Shown one piece after another: positions 36,037 through 48,767 of a stretch of DNA of 62,344 nucleotides. The first letter of the stretch is position 1. The number at the start of each line of letters is the position of its first letter. The DNA is from Polysphondylium violaceum (lineage: Eukaryota). Where the stretch lies: assembly GCA_000277445.1 (NCBI GenBank), contig AJWJ01000015.1:37669-100012 (forward strand), written 5' to 3'. The position numbers were made by a program, and so were the translations under genes. The notes beneath the pieces were generated by a model. That model was not told the DNA's origin. It saw only the letters and a list, made by a program, of their open reading frames with translations, and did not search any database.

Positions 36037-39000
36037 CTATAAAAAGAGTTTCATTGATGTAATGATATCACTAAATACAGAGGAAGGTGTGTCTTCTTCA
36101 GACAACATTGCCATAGGATAATCTATAAGGAAACCTTTAATTTGATTCAATTGATTCAATACTTCTGGTGTAGTTTTTACACGACCATTTCTTTGATATT
36201 GAGATACTTTGGTACAATTCTCTGGAATGTAGTTATTAAATATTGCTTTATAGATTGCAGTGTTTGATGTTGAGCAATGTTTCCAAATTCCTTTCCAAGT
36301 GGCGTCAACGATGGGATCTTGAATTTGTTGTAAAACCTCTTGATTTGGATAGAGCATTAGATTTAAATGATGTTTCCAGAGATCCATTCTCAGGTTGTAA
36401 GCAAAAGAGGCAGCCTTATATTGTTGGCCATTCATCCTGGAGTCTATTAAAAACTTGTCTTCAATGATTGAACATATCTCAGAGTCTCTAGAACCACTCA
36501 AACTACGATCGTTGATGTTGGCCGATCCGACGATAGCGACCTTGTCGTCGACAATCATGAGTTTAGAGTGGACATAGACTTGCTCCGTGAAAATAATGTC
36601 ACCATTGTCATCCCAATTTCTCAGAGAATTGATGACCAAGTATTGGTCAATGTCAACATTTGGAAACTTTTTCGTAATTTCATTCTTTATACCTTGGATC
36701 GATCGCTCAGTATACTTGATAATGAGTTGAGTGTCAACCTCGTAAAAGTCGCCCTCACATTGTACCGGTAACATAATGTAGACACGGAAATTTTGATTTA
36801 ACAAAATTGCCTTTTCAATACGTTTGTAAATAGCAAAGGCGACTTGATTATTTGGTTGTGTGAATCCAACGGATGAGATAAAGAATTGATTTTGAATGTA
36901 TATAAAATGTTGACTAAGATTAATGAGATTGAGATAAGCTTTGTAGATAGAGTTTTCCAAGACTTGGCCAGCGGACCAACCGCAAACAGATCTTACAATT
37001 TGGACCTTACATGTTCCCATGGGGGCTGGGGGTGGCTCGATGGAGGTCAAGAGGTAGGGATAGTTTTTGTAATCTCTATTGGCATCTTTTGCATGATTCC
37101 ATCTTTGAATAAAATTATAGGTTACATCTCTTGCCGCCTTGCCATTCAAAGACACTGATACATCGTGCCAAGGCATACGTGGTTGAGTGTTTCTATCGAC
37201 AAGACAATCTTTTAAATTATTTACAGGTTTAACTATAGTGGTGTTGATGTAATCTGGACCAGGAAAGTTTAGTTCCAAGTTATCTTTGACTCTGTAGCTA
37301 GTGTCGTCGTATCTGCCAAAACACAAATCCAACCCACCCAAGAATGCTATATTTTGATCGACAACAACAATCTTTTGATGGTGTGACCAATAGAGTGGCA
37401 AGAGTTGTGGATGACGAATGACCTTGATGTTTCTACGATGAAGTTTTTCAAAAATACTCTTTACACCACGACTACCCAAATCCATGGCAATCATGGTTTC
37501 ATCCCAAATCAAAATGTAAATCTTTACACCCTCTGATGCTTTTTTCATCAATAAATTGTCGAGTCTGTATTTCTCGGGGTTCTTTGATTTCTTGCCTTTA
37601 CGATGCAAAGATACCGAGGGCGAGATCCACCATCCTGCGATATAGATTTCAAACTTTGCTTTCTTGATCTCTTTGTAAACGCGTCTAAAGTAATCGTGAC
37701 CATTGATAAATGCCTGCACATTGATATTGTCTTCTGGTGTTGCAAAGGAATGATATCTATAGGATCCTTTGGAATTCTCTCTAATTGCATTTACAAAGGC
37801 TGCTGCTTTTTGTGTACTCATAGAGATAAATGTTTGTTCTGTATCATCGTATCTTCTCAATGCAAAATCTGTTGCATCCTTACAATTGTCTATATTTTTA
37901 ATATTGGCACTTCTAAAGATATGTTTTAATCTCTTGTGATGTTTTGGATGTTCTTTTGGTATCACTTTTACATTTGTTTTAAATAAACATATTACTTTTG
38001 ATGGTTTACTCTATTATTATTTTTATATATTAATATAGATATAAAAAAAAGAGAGCTTTCATTTTATAATATTTAAAACTTACAAATAATCTTTTATATG
38101 CAATTAAAAACCCACTTCTAACTTCAAACCATCTTAATGAAAATGCTTTAATTATACCAATATATTTTTCATAATAAAGATAACCTGAACATTGCTGATT
38201 TTTTATACTTGATTTTAACTATACAAATTATAAATTATTAGTAAGTAATAATGATGTAAAAAGTAAAAAAAGAATTAAAACATACATAATCTTCAATTGG
38301 TTTAACAAAACAAAAATATACCAAATCAAAAAAACCAAAACAACGAGCAATATCTGGATTTGAAGGAGCCCTTTTAACAAAATCTCTACAATCTATAAAT
38401 GTATCTTTGAAATTAATTTGATCGGCAATTGTTTTTTGATGAACAAATGAATCTGTACTTGATCTTGGTGTTCTTTGAATGGAATTTACATTACTAGTTC
38501 CATCTCTAAAAATATTATTTACAATTTCTTCAGGTGATCCTAAATTACCAAAACCAAATGCATTTAAAACTGTTAATGAATTTATACTTTGTACCAATTC
38601 TAATAATTCTGTTTTATATAATATATTTTCACTTTTCTTTTTACATATTCCAAATACCACTAAATAAAATATTGTTAATAAACCAATAATAATAATAATG
38701 AATTAATTAAATATTTACATTCAGATTTTTCTTTAATTGTACCTCTAGTTATAATTGAAATAGTTTCAATGATATGAAGAGTAGAAGGACTTTTGTTTGC
38801 AGGTAAATTATATTTTTTTCGAATAAATATAAATAGATTTTCAATCAAATATTTTATAATCATTCGATATTTTAAAATCTCTGAAGAATTATCTACAAAT
38901 TCAAACTCGGGATCTTTAAGTGTTTTGCCACTCCAGAGATTATAAGATTTAATTAATGAAAATTGACCTTTATAAATTCTAATAGTCTCTGCTTTTTCCT

Positions 39001-40260
39001 GATCTACTTCGTCGATATCATGAGGTGATGGTCGAAAAACAGATATAAGAGAGGGATCCATTTGAATGGCTGATGATGATGTTGGTACTGATGCTGATAA
39101 TGGTACACTGCTGCTATTTATCATTTCTACACTTGCAAATATTTTTTTATTCTCTTCTGCTTCTTGTTGTTGTTGTATCTCTCTTTTCTTTGAATCATTT
39201 TTAATTAAATCATCTATGGATTTCATTCTTGGTGATTCAACTTCTTCAACAATAGTAACTGTGTGTGCTAGTATTGATGATGATGAATATGATGGAGATT
39301 GTATTTCTGTTGTTTCAAGAATAGATGGCTCTTGATCACCATGTAAAACTATTGTCTCTGTAGCTATTAAATGATGGTGATGACTACTACTACTAACACT
39401 ACTATTATCACTATCTCTACTATCATCTAAACGTTCAACAGGCACCGTTTCTGGTGTACTCTCGCAACCAACGCTAACATTGTCTTTGGCACCATCGATA
39501 ATGGGAGTCTTTGGTGGTGATTGGTACAAGAGTTTATTGGTAAAGGGTGAATTCTCTAAACTTGAGCCATTGATAATTCTAGATGCACCAGATGTTGTTG
39601 TTGTGGTGGTGGTTGTTGTAGGTGGATAAGTTGGATAGGTTGGTGTTGTTGCTGCTGGTGTATTATTACTTGTGTATTGGTAATTGTAATTATGTATTGT
39701 ACTATTGCTAATGGAAGATACATTACTTTTATTGAGTAAATGATACTTTGAATCCATTAAATGATTTTTAAATAAAATTCCCTCTGCATAAAACAACTCT
39801 GATAAAGTTTCTACACCATTGGGTAAATGAACCAAATATGATAAAATTTGATATATAATATTCTCTGTAAATCCATATAAATCTAAATCAATTCTATGAA
39901 ATAATTCGTATAAAAGTTTAATTTCTTCTTTTGAAACTATATTATTATTATTAATATCATTTTCTAATATATATCATAAATAATGTGCAACAACATACAA
40001 TAAGAAGTGTTATATAAATATTTTTCATCCTCGATTGGATGATCGTGTGAAGGTATGAATCTAGGAGCAGGTATTTTATCTAGAGAACTTCCAATACTCC
40101 CGCTGTTTGCGACAATACCACCACTCTGACTAATGTTATTAATAGGTGTGTTTGTACCTGTCGTGGTGGTAGTTGTAGTAGTTGTAGTAGTTGTAGAACT
40201 ATATATTCCTTCGACCACAGGTTTAATTGTCCTCTTTGTAGGTGGCGTAAAAAAGTACAT
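36037..40260 (-). CDS. Phospholipase D, PX-PH-HKD-HKD (PLD1/2-type); at least 5 exons (40260-~40000, ~39945-~38695, ~38660-38279, 38229-38089, ~37977-36037)
   Basis: Two HKD motifs: YWSHHQKIVVVDQNIAFLGGLDLCFGRYDD and YVHSKLMIVDDKVAIVGSANINDRSLSGSRDSE. PH-domain exon ..YYEKYIGIIKAFSLRWFEVRSGFLIAYKRLF| with GTAAGT donor. PX-like region ..EFEFVDNSSEILKYRMIIKYLIENLFIFIRKKYNLP. N-terminal poly-T. The paralog (pldA/B/C) was not assigned. Confidence 0.8.
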
Positions 40261-40396
40261 TTTAAAACACAAACTACTACAGTACTATATACTAAAACAT
40301 TAAATTATAAGCTACTATTACTAATCTCTATAAACACACGTGTTTTGTAATTCTGTATAAAATATAAACCGAACAATAAATAAATAAAACTAAGTA

Positions 40397-40433
40397 TATA
40401 AATAAATGAGTGAGTGAGTGAGTGAGTGAGTGT
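40397..40433. repeat. (TGAG)6 followed by (TG)n microsatellite just upstream of the PLD start
   Basis: tgagtgagtgagtgagtgagtgagtgtgtatgtgtgt read directly from the sequence. Confidence 0.9.
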
Positions 40434-41040
40434 GTATGTGTGTATAAATAAATAAGTTTGAGTGAGAGTAATACAATAGATAGATCGTTTGCAAAGCAAT
40501 TCAAAAAATTTTTAAAAATCTTTTTCTCACACAAAAAAAAAAATAGAAACCCACACACAAATTTACCACGCAGACCTTATCGGGTTGTTATGTGTTGTGT
40601 GTGAATATAAAAAATTTATATGGCGTGGAATGGTGTTTGTTGTTGAACAGTTTCTATAAATATGAAATCTTTAGTGATTTATTTGCGAGTCAAGTGGTCT
40701 AGTAGGTTCGATGCCATTAGAAATAATTTCTATTTTTTTTTTTTGAAATTCATTCATTGAATTCAAGAGGATGTCGACATGAAAAACACATTGTCATGAG
40801 AAAATATTTGCACATATTCTCAATAAAAAAATTTCAATTGTATTTTTTTTTTTTGTGATTTCTTTTTTTACGAAAAAGCTTTGGGGGTGATCACCATCCA
40901 TCTTATCCTTATCTATCTTATCATTGCAAAACATTCAATTCACAATCATCACAATTTCTTTTCACTGTGGGTTGATGTTGGCATGTTGGTAAAGCTTGTA
41001 TTCAGCCTAGGGACACAACAACTGATGAATATAATACAAG

Positions 41041-42631
41041 TCATTTAATTAATTTATTCGTAATAATTGATTTTGGTAGAAATTCAGGCTTTAGATCAAC
41101 GATATCTGTTTTTAAAAATAAACAGCCTTCGGGTATGACACTACTTGATGCTATAGCAAGGCCGGTCATGGAGAGGTCGGTTAGAGTGCGGGGCAGAAAG
41201 CCACAGTCGATTGTTATTGTTTGAGATACTGAATTAATTACAAGCTTTTCAATCGATGTATTTGATAGACTAACAGGCTGAGTACTGGTTGTTGTCATTT
41301 TTTGGAACTTTAGCGATACATCTTTAACATTTACCAATAGATTTGATATATATTGATCGATTTGGGCAATAAACACATTGTGCAGGTTGGGCAATGAGCC
41401 CACAGACTCGAGCGATTGGCAGAATGAGTCCATGGTGAGGTTGGTGAGAGAGGCGGGCAGGGAGGAGGCCTGGAGAGGGTGATTAAAGTTATTCAACCCC
41501 AGTTTGGTCAAGGATTGGGGCAGGACGTAGGGGTCGAGTGGTCTGGTGTAGCTGTTCAAGTAGAGCGCCTTTAGAGAGGGCGGGAGGATGTCGGGTTCAA
41601 GTTTTTTGTTAAAGGAATCCAGAGTCAAGGTTTTTAAATTGATTGGCAAGACACCTGGCTCGAGTTGCTGGTTAAAGGAACGTATTCTTAGATACTTGAG
41701 GGTATCGGGCAAGACGTCTCTCTCGAGCTTTTCATTAAATTTATCGACAAAGAGACTCGATAGCTTTGGAGGCACCATGCCTCTGACCAATGGCAAGATT
41801 CATGCATATCAGATTTTGCAATTGTGCAGGCAGGGCGCCTATCTCTACAAAGGTATGCATATGAGAAATGGAGAGCTTAACCACATGCGATGGAATGGGG
41901 TTGGTTGTTGTAATACACGATACATCATTTAGTAACACAGTATTGATCCAATTGTTGTCGCGCAGCCATTCCAAGCCTTGCACATCATTGATCTGTATCG
42001 TGCACCCGTCATACCTCTTGACCGAGGGAGGCACAACCAATTTCCTTAAATTGTCATACGTAGACGAATACTTTAGCTCACACAAACTATTGGGCAACAC
42101 CACCTGATTCCTTATATCGCAGTTGCTGGTCAAAGTGAGCGACACCAACTGTTGTGGGAGATTGGCGAGCACATGATCAAAGAATTTGCTACTATAGGTA
42201 CGCCAACTACTTCGGATCTCCAATTCCGTGATAGAGTCGGGCAGCTTGCCGTATCCCATTATCGCCTCTTCAATCCAAAACTTTAGTTTTGTCACAGTAT
42301 TGGGAATGAGCCTACAATCAAATCCAATCAATTTGGGTTGTTGTTTCTGCCTGAGTTTGGGCAAACGACAAATCTCTACCTTGGGGTCGATCTCCAAATT
42401 ACTGACTAAATATCCTTCACTGTGATCCAAGTATTCAATAAAATGCTCTTTACTCTTGATATGCAATTTCAACGATATCTTTTCATTTCTCAGTGTGGCA
42501 AGATATTGTTTATTGGCATTCAAATCTTGCAGATCCACCTTGATATCAAGATTTTCTAACACCTGTTTTCTAATTTGAATTGATAGAAATCTATTCCTCC
42601 ATATCGAATAAAAACTATTATCTATCGTCAT
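41041..42631 (-). CDS. FNIP-repeat (LRR-like) protein; two ORFs overlap by about 55 bp in different frames, so either a frameshift/pseudogene or a sequencing indel
   Basis: Tandem FNIP units (..SFNQQLEPGVLPINLKTLTLDSFNKKLEPDILPPSLKALYLNSYTRPLDPYVLPQSLTKLGLNNFNHPLQASSLPASL..). The upstream ORF (42631-41741, ATG start) and the downstream ORF (41796-41041, TTG 'start') are +1 relative to each other. The junction is GC-rich with no GT..AG intron candidate. Confidence 0.55.
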
Positions 42632-43001
42632 ATATTACATCTCCCAACGAAACGGGAGTTTTTTTTGATGACTTATTTTTATTTTTTTTTTTTGAGCCAC
42701 AACAAAAGGATTTAAATAGTAAATAAATAAATAAATAGTAGTTAGTAGAGAATTATTTTTATTTTTTAAAATTAAATAGAATACATTACCATACATCAAC
42801 TCTAAAAGAAATTATCGAATTTTTTTCATAAATAAAATCTTCCCGTATTTAAAATATTCCTAGGTTTGCAAGAATTTTACCTTGAATTTTTTTAAAAATT
42901 TGAAAAATACCACGTATAGTTGCTTACTCCACAAAAATTTTCAATTTTTTTACCATAATTAGCTTCAAGATTTGAGCGCAACATAGCGTGGCAAAACTAC
43001 C

Positions 43002-43038
43002 AATGCTTACTTGTGCACATTAATGACAAGTAAGCATT
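43002..43038. promoter_or_regulatory. Perfect 13-bp inverted repeat (AATGCTTACTTGT-n11-ACAAGTAAGCATT) about 90 bp upstream of the ATG at 43126
   Basis: Exact reverse-complement arms separated by gcacattaatg. It sits in the promoter region of the secreted-protein gene. Confidence 0.3.
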
Positions 43039-43125
43039 TTAAAAATGATCAGTATAAATAGAATAATCATAAAATTTTATTTCTTCATTTTTTTTCTATC
43101 TAATCTATTATCACACACACACAAA

Positions 43126-44444
43126 ATGTCAACAAACAACAAATTATTTGTATTATTATTCTTAAATCTCAGCTGTTTATTTATTTCGACTTGCACAGCA
43201 CAAGATCCATCGCCTTATAGTTTTGGTTTATCTGGGTGTACTTACTCGACAACGATACCAGCCTCTTATATGGGTGATTACTCTGAATTTGTTTTCACAA
43301 CCAATAATGGCACTGTAACTTTACCAAAATCGGTTTCAAAATGGAGTATCATGACATCGTCTACCTTGTATGCCACCCTCACACTTGAATACGAGCCACC
43401 TGTCATTTTCCACTATAATGGAAAGACATATGACATTACCGAACCATTCACAGGTAACTATAGTAAATAGTGTATTCAAACAGTTTTTCGAGGATAACAT
43501 ACTAACTCATTCTTTTAAATATAGGTTGCATTTACAATACCTCATCACTCACCCAAGCTGCTAGTCAAGTAGTCTCTGTAAATCTACTTAGTAATCCATT
43601 AAATGGACAATCTTTTGATATCTATGTCGATGATGTAAAGATTGGGACTCAAACCATTCCTGCTACCAACATGAACCGTTTCAATCTATTTTCAGTTAAT
43701 GTTCCATACACTCAATACACTCATTCTATAAAGTTAGTATCAAATAATCAATCATTTGCAACACAATTGTCTTATGTCGGTCCAGAAATCACAACATATG
43801 AATGTATTAGAGGATTTAAACAAATTGCACCATATGGCGGCCCAGAAGTTGTCAACTACTGTAAATTTGTTGGAAACAAGTTACACTCTTTCGGTCTTAT
43901 TAGTGGTGTTGCTACTGAGGATGCTCAAGTATCACTCACATCAATCAATGCTACCTTACTCGGTAACTTACCTCTTGGTGCTCTCATTACCTTGGATAGC
44001 CAAGCTGGAATCAACTATTATGCACCAGATAAAACCACTACCTATTTCCAACCACATCCATTACCAAGTGATTCAACATTTACCTATGGTAAAGATCCAA
44101 ATGACTACATCACCGCCACTATCCAAGGCACCTATTTAGATGCAGTTTTACTCAACCAAACCAAACTCAACCATGGCGGTCAAACATCAATGATCAATTG
44201 TCAATACTCTTTTGTCACATCTCTTGCCAACGGTTATCAAGAAAGCATTACATGCACTATTCCAGATATTAGTGATTACAGCGCAGCCACCATCTCACTA
44301 ACCCCAACCTATTATCCAAATGCACCACTTGTGTTGACTGCCGACAACTCACAACCATCAAGTAGCTACTTTATCCAGCCATCTATGTTTTTCCTTGTAA
44401 CCTTGTTATTGGTATCACTATTGTTTTTCAACAATCTTTTCTAA
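43126..44444 (+). CDS. Secreted, probably GPI-anchored glycoprotein, unknown family; 2 exons (43126-43454, 43525-44444)
   Basis: Signal peptide MSTNNKLFVLLFLNLSCLFISTCTAQ. Phase-1 GTAACT donor and acceptor aaatatag. Many N-glycosylation sites. A C-terminal Ser-rich stretch followed by the hydrophobic tail FFLVTLLLVSLLFFNNLF is typical of a GPI signal. Confidence 0.6.
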
Positions 44445-44984
44445 ATTACTCAATAAACATATCCTTTATAATTTATTTAAACTCTCTGCCTTTTTTTTAA
44501 TTATTATAATTATTTTGACAGAATGCTAAATCCAGACACTGTAGTGCTTGATATCAACTGGCTTTTTGTCTTTCTATAAAGATCAGATTATGGGACTCAT
44601 TCTCAATGGCAATAGTTGGCATTCCTATGACACAACTATTTAAATAGTTTGTGATGAAGTCATAACTTACTCTGATGAATGAAATAGATCGACTCATTCA
44701 ATTCTGCCATCACATTTTAAAAATATATTGCCTCTGATATATAAAGCTTATTTAAAAATTTTCAAGAATTAGTAAAAACACTGATGGGCAAAGAAGTAAA
44801 AATTCAGAAAAAAATAAAAAAAAAAAATCAAATGAGAAAAATAGAAAATTTCTAGACACAATGAAAAAACAAAACAATGAAGGAAAAAGAGTTTTATTAT
44901 AAATTAAATTGAGATTAGTTGTCATTTTCATAATTCGCTTTACACAATACCCTTTACTCAACTAACAATTAAATTTATATCAAA

Positions 44985-46085
44985 ATGACAAAAGCTATCT
45001 ATTTATATCTTCCAATTGATGTCAATTTCAGAAATCCAAACTATCAAATTCCCACCATTGAGAATCAAAAGGATCTACTTTGTGCCGGACTCAATACATC
45101 CGCCAGTGTACCACCACCAACTACCCCCACCAATGCTCCAAGAAGAACACACATGATGGATGATGATGAAAAAAAAGTATGTTTTCATTTAATTTTATAC
45201 AATCAATTGATGATCATTCAATAATTGACACACAATCTATAGGTTCTTTCAGCTATTCACGATGGATGGATGGACGTCATGTCTTTTTCCCATAATGTTG
45301 CTGCACAAAATAAAAGAGGAAGGGGTGACAATGATGATGATGCCATACATTTGGGAGAATTAAGTTGTACCAAATTTGTAACTGCTGATTCACCATCAAT
45401 AAACTATCTCTGTCTTGCTTCTCAAATCCTTCCACATGCCATTATCCGTTCAGTTGGAGATGTAAAAAATAACAAGGTTAACATTATTGAATATGAACTT
45501 GAATATGTACAAATCACCAACGTTTCATTGAGTGGTGGTGCTGGTGGCAAACCTGTAGAAAATCTTAATATTAATGCTAAGATTATCAAAACCAAATACA
45601 TCGATATGGATATCCTATCATCAGAATTTCAAGTGAGTCAAGTCTATAAATGGGATAACATCAACAAAACTGGTTCAAAAACTGTTCATTCAACCAAAGG
45701 TGAACCTACCAAAACTCTGTTGGAGTATGCCAAAAAAACTTTGATGGTAAACTTAAGCTCTCACGATCCATCTATGGTTGCATTAATTAAAGAACTTGGT
45801 TTGGTTACAGACTATGATTTACCAGAAGTTAAACCATCCTCTTACAAAATTAAAGTACTTTCCAACAGTGCACCACTCGTCTATAAAGTTATTCAAGTTG
45901 ATAGTTTTGATAAAAAATCAATTGTCTCTGCTATCGCTGAAAAGTTTAATATCCCACTTGAAACTATTGAATCTATTTATTCGCAAGAGGATCATTGTGA
46001 AATCGAAGCTGATCAATCATTTAATAGTGTTGTACCTACTCATATTTTATTTAGAACCTCTGATGGTAAATTCTACGGTTATTAA
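44985..46085 (+). CDS. Hcp-like (type VI secretion tube protein, PF05638-like) domain protein with a about 120-aa C-terminal extension; 2 exons (44985-45176, 45243-46085)
   Basis: Alignable to bacterial Hcp1 over the whole core. MTKAIYLYLPIDVNF.. corresponds to MAVDMFIKIGDVKGES. AIHDGWMDVMSFSHNV corresponds to HAEEIDVLAWSWGMSQ. GELSCTKFVTADSPSINYLCLASQILPHAIIR corresponds to QDLSFTKYIDKSTPNLMMACSSGKHYPQAKLT. IEYELEYVQITNVSLSGGAGGKPVENLNINAKIIKTKY corresponds to VEYLIITLKEVLVSSVSTGGSGGEDRLTENVTLNFAQVQVDY. A canonical GTATGT..TATAG intron of 66 nt splits the Hcp fold. Confidence 0.7.
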
Positions 46086-46833
46086 ATTTTATGCGTATAA
46101 AATTTCAATTAATAAATTCATTATTTGTAAAATATATTAATAATTAATTGGTTATTTAATTTTGATTTGCATATAAATCTATAGATAATTTGTCTATCAA
46201 TTTAAAAACCTTAGTTTAAATCTTGAATCTTTTAAAATAGAAATTCAACATTTTGTCTTTTGTAAGAAACCATTGAGTTTATCAATATGAACTTGATGAT
46301 GAGTCACATTGTCTATCTTATTTTTGAGAACGTCAATGGTGAACATATAGAATAAAAGGATGAGCAAAATGCTAAATCTCAAGATACACATGGACCTCCC
46401 AAAGAGAAAGATTTTAGTGAAATTGATCATGGAGATAATGATCAAGAGACCATTTATCAAATCCCCTTCTTGGTAAGGAAATTTATCAAAATGTCGAAGC
46501 TTTAATAAAGCTCAAAAAGTAACCGAAAAAATAAGAAAAGAAAAGGTTTGTAGAGATGAATAAACCTAATACACAAACTAACTCTTCGAAAACATGTCAT
46601 ACCAGGATGAAAAAACAATTTCACCTTATCCCACCAGCAATTCAAGCTCCTACTGCAAAACACTGTGTTACAAGCTCTCAAGATGAAGACTATGATACTA
46701 CTACTCAATATAAACTGCAAGAAGCCTTTGGTAAAATAATTCCCCAAGAGATCAAACAACAATATAGGCTATATAAAAACTTGTGTTGTTATAAACTATA
46801 CACTTTATTGAATGATAATAATAACGACGATAT

Positions 46834-48767
46834 TTATATTTCAAAATTAGATTGTTGTTTTCGATTCTTTTTCTGCATTTGAGGAGGAGGTGTAAAAGTG
46901 GGTGGTAGTTGTTGTGGTGGTTGTTGCGGCATAGGATTCATATTAATATTGTTATTTGGCTGTTTGTAAGGATGAAAGTTTTGATTTAAATTATTTAGGG
47001 GTGGTGATTGCTGTGGAAATTGATTAAAATTATTATTATTTGGAGGTGAATATTGAGGTTGAGCGTGGGGTTGGGGTGGTTGATAAAGATTTACACTTGC
47101 GAGGGTTGGTGATGATTGTTGGGCATTTAATGTGGGTGAGTTGGCTGTGGGTGGTGTGTTGGTGTTGCTGTGGCCACCGCTGGTGGCGGTGTTGGTTACG
47201 GGTTGAGAGAGACCTGGTAAAATAAAGTCGGGGACTTCGGGGGCATCTTCTTCGTTTTCTATGTCTTTGGAGGCGTGTGGATTGTTGTATTTGTCCTTCA
47301 TAGTATCGGCAGGTCTGTTTCTGCACCAAAATTTGGTGGTGTGGTCGTTGGACCCGCTGGCGAGAATGTGGCCAATCGGGTGCCAAGAGAGGGACCAGAC
47401 ACTGGCCTCGTGGGCCGAGTAGATCTCACCCTGGGGATTGTCTTGGCCGACGACCCAGTAGAGAATGGATCCGTCAAAACCTCCGCTGACAAAGAGGTCC
47501 TCGTGTTGGGGGTGCCAGGCCACCGATGTCATCTCTTTGACAACCTCTTTGTGTGCTTTAAACGTCTGGAGTTCTTTCATGGTACGAATGTCAAAGAGCT
47601 TGAGCAACGAGTCTCTGCTGGCGCTCACCAACCAGTTGCCATTCTGGTTCCACTGGACCTGGAGGACCGTGTTTTTGTGGCCGTGGAGGGTGGTTATATT
47701 TTCGCCCGACTTGGCATCCCACATCTTGATCAAGTTGTCTTTGCTTCCCGAGGCAATGATAGATTTCTGTGGATGCCATGACACACACTTTACATCCCAA
47801 CCGTGTCCGGTGATGACCTTCTCCTCTTTACAACGAGCAAAGTCCCAAATCTTGATGGTTACATCATCTGAACAAGAGGCAATCTTGAAATCTGTTGGAG
47901 AGAAACTAATGCCTCTCACAGACTCTTTGTGCGCTTGAAATATCTTTACATTGTTCATGTTTGGTTGCCAATATTTAATCAATCCTCCGTCGTCACCCGA
48001 CACCATCCAATCTTCATTGTGTGACCAAACCATTGCTCTAACTGCTGTATCATGTGCTTGTAAAATGGTTTCAAAATTAAATGTCAAACCATTCCATAGT
48101 GTAAACTCTCCACTTGATGATCCTGTAATTAATCTTCTACCTTCTGGTGTCCACTATAGTATAAATATATTTATTAATATCATTATTGATATGTTACATC
48201 TACATCCCCAGATACATACAGTTACACAATTGATTGGGTATTTAACTTTATTTGCAGATGTATGAATAAATCTTGAACATATACTTGTAATAGGATTCGA
48301 GTCCAATGCTAATGGCGGTAATATCTGTTTTATGTTTGTTTATCATCAAATTAATAATCTATCATAACTAGTATACAGTGTCTGTCTCTATTTACTTCTC
48401 TAATATACAATGAATCTGGTTGAACAGCTGAAAAATCTCTATAGTCTCTTTGAAACACTTTTGTTTGATTGTATTTAATTAAAGTGGAGTTGAAATCAAC
48501 AGTTTTACGAACAACTGCTTTTCTCATACGTTTACCATCATAGACAATCTTTGAAGCGTGATAGTTGCTATAGTAATGGTTATGGTAACCTCCACGTTCA
48601 CCACCTCCATGATGATGTCCGCCTCTTCCACCTCCTCCACCTCCATCTCCTCCTTCACCATGATGATGTCCGCCTCTTCCACCACCTCCATGATGATGTC
48701 CGCCTCTTCCGCCACCGCCACCACCTCCCTCACCTCCATCATGATCACGATTATAATTGTGTGACAT
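46834..48767 (-). CDS. WDR33 / Pfs2-like pre-mRNA 3'-end processing WD40 protein; 3 exons (48767-48419, 48283-48220, 48153-46834)
   Basis: Exon 1 has a Gly/His-rich N-terminus then [43 protein letters not shown] (human [43 protein letters not shown]). Exon 2 ..[13 protein letters not shown]. Exon 3 [35 protein letters not shown]..., seven WD repeats, a Pro/Gln-rich tail. Confidence 0.85.

Noticed and set aside
40690-40716. tRNA-like fragment (AGTGGTCTAGTAGGTTCGATGCC: D-loop-like joined to T-loop-like)
   Set aside because: No anticodon arm or acceptor-stem pairing. Too short to be a tRNA gene. Probably chance or a degraded remnant.
46245-46460. Minus-strand 61-71-aa hydrophobic ORF (MINFTKIFLFGRSMCILRFSILLILLFYMF..)
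   Set aside because: Possible small membrane protein, but with AT-rich biased composition, no conserved motif, and a location between two convergent gene ends. Insufficient support.
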